Source of the DNA: Octopus sinensis
Taxonomy: Eukaryota
DNA: 64,000 bases
Reading direction: 5' to 3'
Assembly (NCBI RefSeq): GCF_006345805.1
Contig: NC_043003.1
Location: 61,380,001 to 61,444,000 of the forward strand
Part shown: piece by piece, positions 39,445-52,718 of the stretch
Layout: every line of letters begins with the position of its first letter
Numbering within the stretch: position 1 is the first letter of the stretch
Translations under genes and position numbers: made by a program
Notes under the pieces: model-generated
Databases searched by the model: none
Told to the model about the DNA's origin: nothing
What the model saw: the letters and a program-made list of their open reading frames with translations, nothing else

Positions 39445-40026
39445 GTGTGTGTATAGACATACGCAACACAACACAACACACACAAACACACACACCAGCC
39501 CTCTTCCACACGCACATACAAACTCTCTTATACACACGTACGCGCACCTTCGTTTTGGGATCAACACTACTCTATTATCTCCCCTTCTCTCTAGCTCTCC
39601 TGACTTTTATAATTTGTATTCTTATCTTATTTGTATTCAATTATAAGATATATATGTATCCTATTGATGTTCTCATTTTGTTAAATGAATAAATAATCCA
39701 ACATTGTAATATCCGTGTGTAATATCTGTGTGTATTTACGGCGGACTTCTTCAAAGTTTCTGTTTGTCTAATTCTGGTCACGGGCTAAAGTAGACCACTT
39801 ACCCAAACTGTCACATGCAGTCAAATCGGACCTAGATCCTCGTGGATGCAAAGCGAACACCTTCGCCACACGATTATTTTTATATCAAGCTATAACAATA
39901 CCATTAGGTTTCCATGTTGTTATCTCAATAATTATCGTTTTCCTCTCTGAGGTTGTTTATCTACATATATGCTTGTATGTGTCTATGTGTATACATAAGA
40001 ACAAATATGTGTGCGTATGCATTTAT

Positions 40027-40075
<49 letters not shown>

Positions 40076-40246
40076 AAGACTTAATAGATCTACTCGATCA
40101 GGGACGACCTGGGGCGAAATATATATATATATATATATATAATATATATATATATATAATATATAATATATATATATATATATATAATATATATATTATA
40201 TATATATATATGTGTGTGTGTTTGTGTCTGCATGTGTGTGTATGCA

Positions 40247-40304
<58 letters not shown>

Positions 40305-41504
40305 TATTTGTGTACATACATATATATATATATTATATATATATGTGTGTGTGTGTATACACACATACACGCACGCAAGCCTGAATTTTCTTCAGATTAG
40401 TTCCATCTAATAGATTATGGTTAAGGCTTTTGTTATCTTTATTTTATCCCAGGTCGTCCCTGATCGAGTCGATCTATTAAGTCTTTTGATCAAATGCCAA
40501 TCCAATCGAGATCATTTGTTCTGTTTTGTTTTATCACGCTTAACAACCTTATAAAATACTGGATGGCCACAGCCGGAATGCTTTTGATCACACATCTAAT
40601 CCATCATTGGTTAATCTAGATCTAAACGACGACAATTCTATACAGCAGAGTTTTTTTTTCCTTTTCTCTATTTTCTTTGTGCCTTTTCCAGAGAATTATA
40701 TCAAGACTATTATGTTCGAATTGTTTTGTTATTAGGTTGATAAAATCCAGAGTTATTCTTTATTGCATTCTTATCATTGTAACTTCTATGTTATTTCCTT
40801 GAAATGTAGCCCCTACTAATTTCATCTAACAGTATTTTATTGTAGATGTGTATTACAAATATAGCAGCCATAGCCGTGTGGCTAAGATTTCACTACGAGT
40901 TCGATTCCACTTCTTAGCACCTTTCGCAAGTGTTTCTGTAGTATTGGGTTTAATAATGTCATGTGACAGAAAATTTGTAAGCAAAAATTCTGTGATTCAA
41001 AAAGCTAACAAACAGAATATTTAAGGGTATACTTTTTTCTCCCTTTGAAGAGATTAAGCTCAGAAATATGATTTTAATACTTATTTTACTTCCCTAAGCT
41101 TAATTGAAACAGCTGTAAGGGATAATGATTGATGATTTGCTGATAATAAACTCTTGTTAACTTCAATAGCTCCATTTTCTTATTCTTCATTTGCATGATT
41201 ATAAACCGTGGTTTATATATAAACTTATTATTTTATGGGTATTAACCTCCCCAAAAAATATTAGGCATTGAGCCAGTATTTCTTTGGATGATACAATCCC
41301 TTAATGAGGCCAACATAACCTCTATTTCAATTGTGTGTTTGCGTGTGTGTATCACCATATTGAACCATTAATCCCTACACATTTTTTCCATTTTCTTTTT
41401 CGATCTCTCCTTTTTTCCTAGACGTTTCCTTTCTTCCTGAGCGCCAAACTAATACAACTGCTTGCTGTTCCTATACCAGGGTTTCGTCTTTGGTTTTCTG
41501 TAAA

Positions 41505-41657
<153 letters not shown>

Positions 41658-42346
41658 TGTTTGTGTGTGTGTGTGTGTTTGAGCCTGTAATTGTTTCACC
41701 GCTACCCCCACTTGGCAACCGATGTTGGGTTTTTTCACGTCCTCGTAACTTACAGATTCAGCAAAAGAAACTGATAAAATAGATTCGAAACTTTAGAAAA
41801 GAAAACCTAGATACCGAGGTCGATTTGTTCGACTAAAATGCCCTTCAAAGCGGCATTGTATTATCACAGTCAAATGACTGAAACAAATAAATGATATAAA
41901 TTATATGTGTGCAAGTGTTTGTCTGTGTATCCTTTGTTTAAACGACCTTTCCGTGTTGTCGCTTTAAAAAAAAATTAGAAAACAAATAATTAACGGACTG
42001 TGTTATCAGGCTTATATATTCTGCTGATCAGATTAGCGAATTAATAATACCACTGATCGATGAAGTCATCAACAGACAAGATAAATGAGGTTCTTGAATT
42101 AGTTTTTGTCGCTGTGGTCGTCTGATGCTTGTGTGTGTGTAAGATAGAGAGAAAGTGTGTGTGTGTGTGTGAACGCGCGCCAGTGTGTGTTTCTGTTTGT
42201 TTGTCTGCACATCGATATAGGTGACGGTGTTTGCTGGAGTGTTTTCGTTTGTTTGCTTATTTACTATCACTGGAGGTCTCGTAAACATTATTTAAAAATA
42301 TGTAATCATTATTATATCCATAGTGAAATCTGTCTGTCTGTAATTC

Positions 42347-42386
<40 letters not shown>

Positions 42387-42741
42387 CTCTCTCTCTCTCT
42401 CTCACTTTCTGCTTCTGTGTGTATGTATTTATATAAATATGCATTCACTCTTTTATTCTTTTTCTTGTTTCGGACATATGACTATGGTCATGCTGGAGCA
42501 CTGCCTTGGAGGGTTTTAGTCGAATGAATCGAACCCAGAACTTATTTTTTTTAAAGCCTAATGCTTATTCTATCAATCACTTTTGCCGAACCGCTAAGTT
42601 ACGGGGACATAAGCACTCCAACACCGGTTGTCAAGCGGTGATGGGGGAAAGAAACACAGACACAAAGACACACAGAGATACATACAAACACACAGACACA
42701 CACACGTATGTATATATATATATGTATGTATGTATATATAT

Positions 42742-42814
<73 letters not shown>

Positions 42815-42857
42815 GTATATGTATGTTTTATGTATACATATATATGTGTGTGTGTAT

Positions 42858-43034
42858 AAAGAAAAAGGAGGCAGTCAGAATTTTGGAGAATTCTTTATTA
42901 GCGCTTTCATTCATTTAACCGAACTCTTCAAGATAAAGCTATTTTGGTTTTATCTTGAAGAGTTCAGTTAAACAAATGAAAGCGTTAATAAAGAATTATA
43001 AAGAATCCAAAATCTTGACCGCCTCTTTTTTCTT
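42858..43034. mobile_element. Foldback element (~82-bp arms, ~9-nt loop) with HHR-like motif in each arm
   Basis: 42858-42939 is the imperfect reverse complement of 42948-43034. Confidence 0.75.
42893..42938 (-). ncRNA. Variant minimal hammerhead (core CUUGAAGA)
   Basis: CTTTAT-CTTGAAGA-GTTC(ggttaaat)GAAT-GAAA-GCGC-TA-ATAAAG; 6-bp stem I, palindromic AGCGCT stem III; one extra U in core. Confidence 0.5.
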
Positions 43035-43654
43035 AATATATAATATCTGTACACTACTTCAAACACTATATATATATATATTACGGCTTCTTTCAGTTTC
43101 CGTCTGCTAAATCCACTCGGAAGACTCTGGTCGACCCAAGACTATAGTAGAAGTCACTTACCCAAGGTGCCACGCAGTGGGACTGAACCCAGAACCAAGT
43201 AGTTGAGAAGCAAGCTTCTTATCACACATTTACAAAATGGGAAGAAACTGATGAATCTCCATTCTTTAAATTCCTGTTAAGAAAACTTACGAATAAATAT
43301 TCGTTTTTTTTTTCAGTTGAATTTTTTATGTTGCCTGCTAGCGTGTTCATACTGTCAGTTATATTCGCTTTCAATAGATTTGGGAATCCATCTGCCATGT
43401 GGTTTCGAAGCAAACTCAATAGCACACAGCCACACATACGCGTGCGTATATACATATAAATATATTTCATACACAATGTACACTCAAGTAACAGAAGAGA
43501 GTGAAATAACTACAATTAGGTAATTCTTTACGTAAAACTCCATAAGGAACGGGCTCTTCAAAATCTAAATAGCGTACCTCCAAACATCCTACTTAAATAG
43601 CCTACGTACCGTATCAAATAGCCTACCTTCAATCACGAGAGTCCTCATTGTTGT

Positions 43655-44010
43655 GTGATAGCCTGTGTCCCTTAATGACTCTGAGAGCTATGGCAGCAGA
43701 GCCAGAACTCCTATTATGCTTCTTATGCTGAACAGGTCAATGAATATAGGGCAGAGTAATACGGACCACCACTTCCCAGACATAAGAATGGGTGTGCATA
43801 GGGTTAACACCCCTACCTAGATAAAAGCGAAGTTACAGAAGCATCGAGGAAAATTCAAAAACCTGAGAGAAACGGTCTTACGCGGTGCAACAAAATCCGA
43901 TAGGCAAGTGCAAGACCGACTCCTTTACTAACCACCAGAAGAAAGCCCAGGGTCGAGAACAGTGGAGAAAAGTCTTTTATGGCCACTGTTCCATAGAGAA
44001 TGGAGAGCTT
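43655..44010 (+). mobile_element. Probable RTE-clade deletion derivative (5' UTR joined to 3' end)
   Basis: CTCTGAGAGCTATGGCAGC...ACAGGTCAA...GGGTTAACACCCCTACC resembles RTE 5' UTRs (from memory); KAQGREQWRKVFYGHCS resembles RTE C-terminal AQDR..WR. Confidence 0.5.
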
Positions 44011-44157
44011 CAGTGGCTTACCTACTCCCTGCTCATTTCTGTTCTAGCCTGCATACATATTCATCCTAGATCCCAAACTTCTCTATAGAGAAAATCATCC
44101 CTACTAGTTTCATCGTACTTTATCTTTCCACGTCTGACTTTGTTTCTCACGCATACC

Positions 44158-44402
44158 TTACTCTTTTACTTGTTTCAGTCATTTGACTGTGACCATGCTG
44201 GAGCACCGCCTTTAGTCGCGCAAATCGACCCTAGGACTTATTCTTTGTAAGTCTAGTACTTATTCTATCGGTCTCTTTTGCCGAACCGCTAAGTTACGGG
44301 AACGTAAACACACCAGTATCGCTTGTCAAGCGATGTTGGGGGGACAAACACAGACACACAAACATATACACACATATACATATATATGAAAGAAACCCGT
44401 CG

Positions 44403-44485
<83 letters not shown>

Positions 44486-44649
44486 CATATATATACGACG
44501 GGTTTCTTTCAGTTCCGTCTACTCACAAGGCTTTGGTCGGCTCGAGGCTATAGTAGAAGACACTTGTCCAAGGTTCCACGCAGTGGGACTGAACCCGAAA
44601 CCAGGTGGTTCGTAAGCAAACTACTTACCGCACAGCCACTCCTGCGCCT
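44158..44649 (-). mobile_element. Family B SINE with expanded/duplicated internal (TA)n segment
   Basis: Near-consensus; short inverted GAAAGAAACCCGTCGTATA / TATACGACGGGTTTCTTTC around the (TA)n. Confidence 0.88.
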
Positions 44650-45963
44650 TCATCAATTTTACCCAGAATAATATCTAAGGTGTACAAGTTACTTCCATTT
44701 TTAGTATGCAATGTAAAAAGATAAAAGCGGTTGATTGAACGAATGATTGAGACTATGGTGGGTTGTGAGTCCTTTTCTTTAATCGATCTTGAATAAATGC
44801 CATGACGAAAGTTCACTCTGGTGGACTTCCAATTCTAAACAATGGACCACTGAACAAGGTCTATTCACACTCTCTACTACTTCAATCAATGGTTCAAACA
44901 CCGCTTTTGTCGTCTTCGTTGTCGTCGTCGTGGTTATCGTCGTCCTTGTTGAGGCACAAGTTTGTAGACATTTAAAAATGCGTGTGTGTGTGTGTATGTA
45001 TGTATTGCTATTCAGGTGGAAAGAAGTGGTGATATACTAAATATAATTCACATAGAAGTAGGTGATGAAGTATTGAATTATATCATCATCGTTATAATCG
45101 TCATTGTTATCATCATCATCATCATCATCATCATCATTATCATCAGTCACTGGACAATACTGTCTCGAGTTCTAGAACTCATAGGGTTGTTTATCAGGTT
45201 TCATGGCGTTTAACAGACCGAGATCATAACATTCCCTCTGAACGAAACACCAGTCCGTTGCAGGTTACACATTTACAGCTTAGGGAACTGGAGCAACGTG
45301 AAGAACACAACGAAACGCCCGGTCCGGAATCGAAATTCCAATTTTGCAATTGTGAGTGCAACATACTAACCATTAATCCACGCGAATGCGTAAAAAAATA
45401 TTTAACGAGCTACAAATTGCTTTTTAATTAGAGAAAAAAAAAGAGAAACAAAAACTAGCGGCAGATGTTAGCGACTCACAAACAGGAAGGGGAGGTAATT
45501 ACATAAACTTAAAAAGTAATTTTGCAGAAACCGATTTTTCATGATTTGGAGAGTGGATGAGGAACTTGGCTTTTGTTATTAGAAACGTGACAGTTACAGA
45601 ATGTTTCGATCTGTCTGTAACTGACACGTTGTCAGATGGGTTTTTTTTTTTATTTTTGTGCATGAAAATACAATTTGCTATAAAAATTAATCTTTATTTC
45701 TTGAAAAATATTTTTTTTCTTTTCTTTGAGCTTCGCAAACAGTTGCCATTTGGTTTCGTTATCTGTCTCGTTCTTAAAGACAATTTTTATTTATTAAGAA
45801 TATTTTTTTATGTACGTCGTTCAGTACATTACCACTCAGCACATGGCGCAGTGATTACAGTGTTGGGTTGACGATCATAAGGTCGTCTGTTCGATACATT
45901 CACCAGTCAGTGCGTTGTTTCTCTGAGAAACGCACTTCATTTTATGTTGCATCTGTACATTTC

Positions 45964-46125
45964 TAGTGGCATAGCTTCAGTGTGTGCCACCCGTAGCAGC
46001 CCTTGGGGTTACAGTCCCCCACCCTGACTCCAAACCTATACAGGTTTACACAGTAGATTTAAAAGGGCTGCACCCATAAAAGCGTCGCCCAGAACGGATC
46101 GCCCTCCCTACTAGCTACGTTACTG
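45964..46125. mobile_element. Possible hAT-like MITE
   Basis: 13-bp imperfect TIRs TAGTGGCATAGCT / AGCTACGTTACTG; only a partial 8-bp flank match (TACATTTC/TACAGCCC). Confidence 0.4.
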
Positions 46126-46265
46126 TACAGCCCTCACTTCCGGGTACCATATCCTCGATGTTACGCAGGTCATGGGTTACAGGGCAGAGAAAAGTTTTCT
46201 ATGTCAGCTTGTGGCTTCACAGGCACCTAAAAAAATTAACGGAAACATGGTACATGCTATCAAGT

Positions 46266-46847
46266 TGTAACGGCAGTGACTATCTTCTCTGCACTTTTTG
46301 GGTGCAAGTTGGTGCAATCACTATCCGTTGCTTTTAAATCCAGATTCTACCAGTCAGAAACAACAAGACGCAGACGTAAAAAATATATATCTACTTTATT
46401 CTCTTATGACAGTAACCAATAAGTGGTGTATCTGGTTCCGCTTGATATTGGGCGTGCAAGGCTGAAAGTTAATCGCTTGTAAGATTTTACAATGTTCAGC
46501 CGCTAAAAACAGAATGGGTCAAAAATGGCGTCAGGGCTGAGGTCTGCAACAATTTGGTTAAAAGCCTTCGGCCGACTGCTATCAAATCCTGACAGAGAGA
46601 AAATATACGTCCGTTTCCTTCGGTCGCTTTGTCTCAAGTCACTGACTGCTGCTGGACGCTAGTGGTCAACGTCCTACGACCCCCTTGCCTCGGCTAACTG
46701 CCACGTAGGCAAATGGTTCTACTTCCGGTGCTTCGCGCATGCGCGAGAGGGCCCTTCCTCTCTGCCTTGGTGAAGGCACCAACACCGCACTCGCGAAACA
46801 GAAAATAGACGGTGCGCGTGCGCGCACCGTTATATAGGATCACTACA
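46266..46847 (-). repeat. 3' LTR
   Basis: TGTAACGGC...GATCACTACA; about 7 substitutions vs the other LTR by eye; minus-strand AATAAA near 46395-46400. Confidence 0.95.
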
Positions 46848-48342
46848 GAGCTCCACCCCAGTGCGAAGCACGACACAAAATTCCTTGTAGTGACTATAAA
46901 ACTCAAGGTGGATACCAGATAACCAAATAGCACACAATATAATAAAAATGGCCAAATTTACATCATACGCAAGAAATTTACTAAAGGAAAAAAGAGAAAA
47001 AATACTCAAAATGAGCAAAAATCAAAAGTGCATGCGTGAAGGTGGATACGTCGCAAAGTATAGAGCCTTCCGCTGAAGGGAGCGGAAGGAAAGCAAACTC
47101 ACAGTTAATGAACCTAGGCGAAATTAAATCCAACTCCTCTAAAGGTGGTTGGTCCTGCGAAATAGCAGTTAAATCAATTGCTGCAGGAGAGGAAATGGAA
47201 TTGACAGATAGATCGCTAGTAACACAAAGGCAAAAGTGCAAGCATGCTGGTGTGATGCGCGATACAGATAAGTCTCTCTGTTAATTACGTGACCAACAGG
47301 GGTCTAACAGGGAAAAAATTACGCCTAAACATGGGCGCAGCGCAAGTGAACATCCGACGTTCTATGAGTCGGGAAAAGAACTAAGCTAACGCAAACGTGT
47401 TGCAAAAACAAGGCAGTACACGTGCGGAGCAAAGGCGCATGAAATGCAATAGGGCTTGCCAGACCGAAAAACAGCAATGAATATGCCAGTGGTTAATGTA
47501 GGAACAAAAGTGTGACATGCTGGCGCGTTATAATTGACAAACAACCCTCTCTATGTATACGTGACCCCTAGGGTCTACAGAAATGAGGTGTGTCCACAAA
47601 AGGCAAATTAGCATGGAAAAACAAGCGAGAAAAGCATGTGTGTGTATGTATGTGAGAGATAGCATTTATGTGTGTGTACGTGTGTGCGACAAAAATACAA
47701 CAAGGTGAATGCGAGCAAAAATAAAAATACAGCGCATAGGAAAAATGTCTCTCAGGGCTATTTCAGACAATGGAGTTAGTTTACCGGTCCGTAATAGCCT
47801 GATGCACAATAGCAGTTCGTTCTGTAACAGAATGTTGAAATCACAAATGCAGATGCCGATTGAACACATATCGTGTTACGGTTGTAGCTTCGATGCTGTG
47901 ACAGGTTAAATCGTTACAGAAGAATCTCGCAGATAGACTGGGCTGTTAATCCTTGGTGTGCTATGCACGAACAGCGTGAAAGCTAAAGTTCCGCGAGTTG
48001 CTATGTACATCTTGTGGAGGTCGACGGTGTTGAAAGGCGACGGTGGTGGTGGAAGGCGACTGTAGTGGACTTGAGACAGATTGTTCTTAGTGGTGATGGC
48101 GACGAAGATAACGACGACGTGAAGTTCTAAGACGACGATGGTGATGACGAAGGCAGAGAGAAAACATCGATGATATGATGGCGTCCGTCATTATGTTGAA
48201 GAATAAGAAAAGCTCCTTCTATAACTGTCCGAGGGGACCGGAAACAAATCGTCGAAAGATGAATGCGTAGAGTTTATCGTGTTCAGACCTGGCAGAAAAC
48301 TGGATTTCTTTGTTGTTAAGTGATCTCTGGTTTTAGACCAGA

Positions 48343-48360
48343 ATCACGTCGGGGTCACCA
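48343..48360 (-). promoter_or_regulatory. Primer-binding site for tRNA-Trp(CCA)
   Basis: Plus strand ATCACGTCGGGGTCACCA equals the 3' 18 nt of metazoan tRNA-Trp incl. CCA; 1 nt from the LTR. Confidence 0.9.
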
Positions 48361-48361
48361 G

Positions 48362-48943
48362 TGTAACGGCAGTGACTATCTTCTCTGCACTTTTTGGGTG
48401 CAAGTTGGTGCAATCACTATCCGTTGCTTTTAAATCCAGATTCTACCAGTCAGAAACAACAAGACGCAGACGTAAAAAATATATATCTACTTTATTCTCT
48501 TATGACAGTAACCAATAAGTGGTGTATCTGGTTCCGCTTGATATTGGGCGTGCAAGGCTGAAAGTTAATCGCTTGTAAGATTTTACAATGTTCAGCCGCT
48601 AAAAACAGAATGGGTCAAAAATGGCGTCAGGGCTGAGGTCTGCAACAATTTAGTTAAAAGCCTTCGGCCGACTGCTATCAGATCCTGACAGAGAGAAAAT
48701 ATATGTCCGTTGCCTTCGGTCGCTTTGTCTCAAGTCACTGACTGCTGCTGGACGCTAGTGGTCAACGTCCTACGATCCCCTTGCCTCGGCTAACTGCCAC
48801 GTAGGCAAATGGTTCTACTTCCGGTGCTTCGCGCATGCGCGAGAGGGCCCTTCCTCTCTGCCTTGGTGAAGGCACCAACACCGCACGCGCGAAACAGAAA
48901 ATGGACGGTGCGCGTGCGCGCACCGTTATATAGGATCACTACA
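48362..48943 (-). repeat. 5' LTR
   Basis: Same as 46266-46847. Confidence 0.95.
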
Positions 48944-50050
48944 AAGTCATAGTCGCTTGCGAGTGACGGCTGAACATTTTACCCGGTCGTTAAGCATTTG
49001 TTACCGGAGTGGTAACGATTCTGCCTGCACGCCACCTTCTAATTTGATGATGTAATATTGGTTTCTAGCTTAAGCACAAAGGCGGAAAGTTGGGAGAATC
49101 GTCAGCACGTCAGACAAAATGCTTAACGACATTTCTTCAGGTTTTATGTTCTGAGTTCAAACCCTGCCGAGGTCAACTTTACCTTTCATCCATTCAGGGT
49201 CGTTAAAATAAAGTACAGGAGTGCTGGAGTCAATGTAATCGACTTACCCTTCCCCTCAAAATTGCTGCCCTGGAACCCTGCTACGGACCTCTATCTCGTT
49301 CATGGGTGATGTTATGATCCCTGTCATTGATTCGCTATGGAAACCGGGTAACCGGCCTTATGGGTACTCGGGCTTAAAAATAAAACAAAGGACACTAGCA
49401 AACGATAACAAATTTTGAGGCCGCGGGTATATCCGATTAAATCAACCGACCCCGAGACTTAACTATTATTTCTAGTTTATCGATCCTACTATAATAAAAA
49501 GTAAAGCTGATTTCGTTAGGATTCGTAATCAAAACGTTAAGATAAAGATCTTTAATTAAATACCAGCCAAGGTATTATGTCCAACACTTTAACGATTTTT
49601 CCAATCCAATCTATCACCTTTACTATCAGACCACACGTTGATAATATACTACTAGTTGTCCGTACACCTTCACAGGTAACACGGTGAATTGAATGATTGT
49701 AGAAAGCGTTTGGTAACTCGACGTGTTTGACATATTTCATTACCTTCAGTCAAATTCGTTCTGACATTCGTGAAAGGAAATATAATGTATAAGACTTAAC
49801 CGACCAAAGTTATCTTGCTTCATGCAATGTCTTTGATATTTCAGTCACTGAATTCTTTATGAATGTTGGAATCACTAGGGTTTCACAGCTAAGTAAACAG
49901 GAGAATAAATTAACTGCCATGGTGATAGATACAACGATGGCAGGCAGGTATGGAACAGATTTTTGGTTTTCTTTTGTGTTGTTTTGTTGTTTTCTTTTTA
50001 AGGATTGATTATTGAACACGCTGCCGTGTATAGTAAATAATTATATTAGT

Positions 50051-50109
<59 letters not shown>

Positions 50110-50384
50110 GGGTTGCAGGGATAAATTATCGTAAGCGATAGGAACAGCACAACACAATGAAATTGTGAACCTTAACTCCATCCATCCATCCACCCAGCCA
50201 TACATACTTACATACACACATCCAGCCAACAAACCATACATACATACACACATAAATTCATATTTGTGTATGCATGCTTGTATGTATGTATGTATGTATG
50301 TATGTATGTATGTATCTATGCATGTACGTATGTCCATGAATGTGCTATGCGTGGTTGTTTCTTCCTTCTCCTTACGATAAATAT

Positions 50385-50437
<53 letters not shown>

Positions 50438-50447
50438 TACATATAGG

Positions 50448-50515
<68 letters not shown>

Positions 50516-50530
50516 GATAGACAGACAGAC

Positions 50531-50619
<89 letters not shown>
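50448..50619. repeat. (GATA)n/(GACA)n microsatellite
   Basis: Direct inspection. Confidence 0.95.
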
Positions 50620-50620
<1 letters not shown>

Positions 50621-51184
50621 CGCATATACACGCACACGTCTGTGTGTGTGAGTTATACACACGTGCTTTGCATGTCACATGCTTATACACGCAGAGCCGA
50701 AAGAGTCTTAATCATTTTATTAACTCCATTGTATACCTTACGTCAGTATTCAAGTTTAATTTTCTAAGATGTCTCCAACATCCCTACTATCCTTCATCCA
50801 GGCACGTGCAGACTGAAAGAAGACAAAGATCTCAAAAATGTGCCGTCTACTTCACAAAGCCAGGGAAAGGAAAACGGATAAGACAATTTTTTTTTAGCCT
50901 TCACAATTGTCTCGAAGAACAAAGTAAAGCTTTCCAAGGTTCAGGAAACCATCATAGATGAGGACAAGAAGCAAATTTAATTGGAAGAAAAGTTGGTTGA
51001 AGGTTTCTTACGTAGAATCAGCGAAGGTACTTTTAACGACGACAAAACCACTAAGAAGATTGCAAAAGACTTTAAAAGTTCTTTTGTACCACACGTAAAA
51101 AGAGAAATGATTACAGTGAAGAGTTGAGGCCATAACTATTTCAAGGTTTTGCTGCAGCCGGAAGTCACTGTTAAGTAATTACAT

Positions 51185-51412
51185 TTCTTCTTCTTCTTCT
51201 TCTTCTTCTTCTTCTTCTCCTCCTCCTTCTTCCTTTTCTTCTTCTTCTTCTTCTTCTTCTTATCTTCTTCTTTTTCTTTTCTTTTCTTCTTTCTTCTTCT
51301 TATCTCTTTCTTCTTCTTCTTCTTCTTCTTCTTCTTCTTCTTCTTCTTCTTCTTCTTCTTCTTCTTCTTCTTCTTCTTCTTCTTCTTCTTCTTCTTCTTC
51401 TTCTTCTTCTTC
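51185..51412. repeat. (TTC)n microsatellite
   Basis: Direct inspection; explains the poly-Lys ORF 51136..51450. Confidence 0.97.
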
Positions 51413-52494
51413 ATTATACACTCACTACAAAGTTTCTGATAGTCGCTCATATCAATGTACTTAGTCTAATGGCAGTCTTTTAATGAACGACCGGGATTTT
51501 CTACATTTTTCCTAAACGATTGCAAGATTTTCATTTCCCATGCAACTGCTAATAACTGTGCCCCGGAGCATGGTTTCTGTATGCGCAAGATTTAATAGTT
51601 AGAGTGCAAAGCTCATGATCATAAAGTGGGTTCAATTTTTTAACCGGGTGATAGCATTTAATCGTCGAGAAAGAAATTTCTTTTCATGTTATTTAAGTCT
51701 ACTCGGCCGTAATGAGGACCCACCTTATACTGGTGCACCCCCTCTCTATCTCTAACTGTTGCAATCTGGATGTTTGTCGGGGCTGAGATGTTGCTTATGA
51801 CTATCCACGACTTCAAAGACACCTAAAACAATTAGCAAACATTTGGTAAATGTTATATTTACCAAACCAAAATCGCTTGCGAGTGATGGCTGACTTTACT
51901 GCACTTTTTTTTTTGTTGAAAAAAGAGGAATTTCGAGGTGGCAGCCATTTATGATTAAACAAGAAAGCAACGATCAGACTTCTTCATATGCTTGGTAATA
52001 ATCTTGGAAAAAACCCTGCCTATTTGTATTTATCTGTTGTAATGGGGCGGTGAGATAGCAGAACCGTTACCGCCTCGGGTAAAATGCTTTGCGGTTTTTT
52101 TTCCAGCTCTTTAGATTCTCAGTTCAAATGCCGCCGAAGTTCACTTTGCCTTTCGTTCTTCCAGGGTCGATGAAGTAAAGTAGCAGTCAAATACTGTGAG
52201 CGATGTAATCGACTTCACCCCCCCCCCCCCCGTAAAAACTCCTGGCCTTGTGCCAAAATTAGAAAACGATTATTTATTGGAGTGAAGGCTTAGATGAGAA
52301 TTAGTATAGTGATCTAAAGGCGAATAGAAAATTGGCATGGCCTACATGCCACTAGCCACTGCGATTATTTCTCTTACTTCATTTGTGTGTGTATGTGTGT
52401 GTGAACATATATGTGTGTGTGTGTATGTGTGTGTGTATGTGTGTGCGTGTATGTGTTTACGTGTGTGTGTGGTGTGTGTGTGTGTGTGTGTGTA

Positions 52495-52718
52495 CGAAGG
52501 GGTGTTGAAAAGTTCCTAGCTTTAAAGACAACGCGAAAGACCTAGCTGGAAGCTCTACCTTCTAAGTTTTTCTTCTTTTTTTTAGGTGGGTTAGAAAAGC
52601 AAAAGAACCGCGGCAATAAGTGTGTGAATCTGGAATCTGAGAGGGGAATATGTTGAATAAAATCATAATTAACTGATCCTCTTGTATGTTCCTCTAGGAT
52701 TTTTACAGCAGCCCCTTG
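52495..52718. mobile_element. Mariner-type MITE (224 bp)
   Basis: TA|CGAAGGGGTGTTGAAAAGTTCCTAG ... CTAGGATTTTTACAGCAGCCCCTTG|TA imperfect TIRs with TA TSD. Confidence 0.7.

Larger units (their letters stand above)
42450..43225 (-). mobile_element. Family B SINE split in its internal microsatellite by a foldback element
   Basis: Tail half about 42450-42680, head half about 43080-43225. Confidence 0.8.
46266..48943 (-). mobile_element. Non-autonomous LTR retrotransposon (2678 bp, no ORF), Gypsy-like signals
   Basis: Two 582-bp LTRs with TG...CA ends, 4-bp TSD AAGT (46262-46265/48944-48947), tRNA-Trp PBS, PPT-like GGGGTGGAGCTC next to the other LTR. Confidence 0.93.

Noticed and set aside
46266-48943. 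LTR element as a retrozyme
   Set aside because: I found no CTGANGA hammerhead core on either strand of the LTR.
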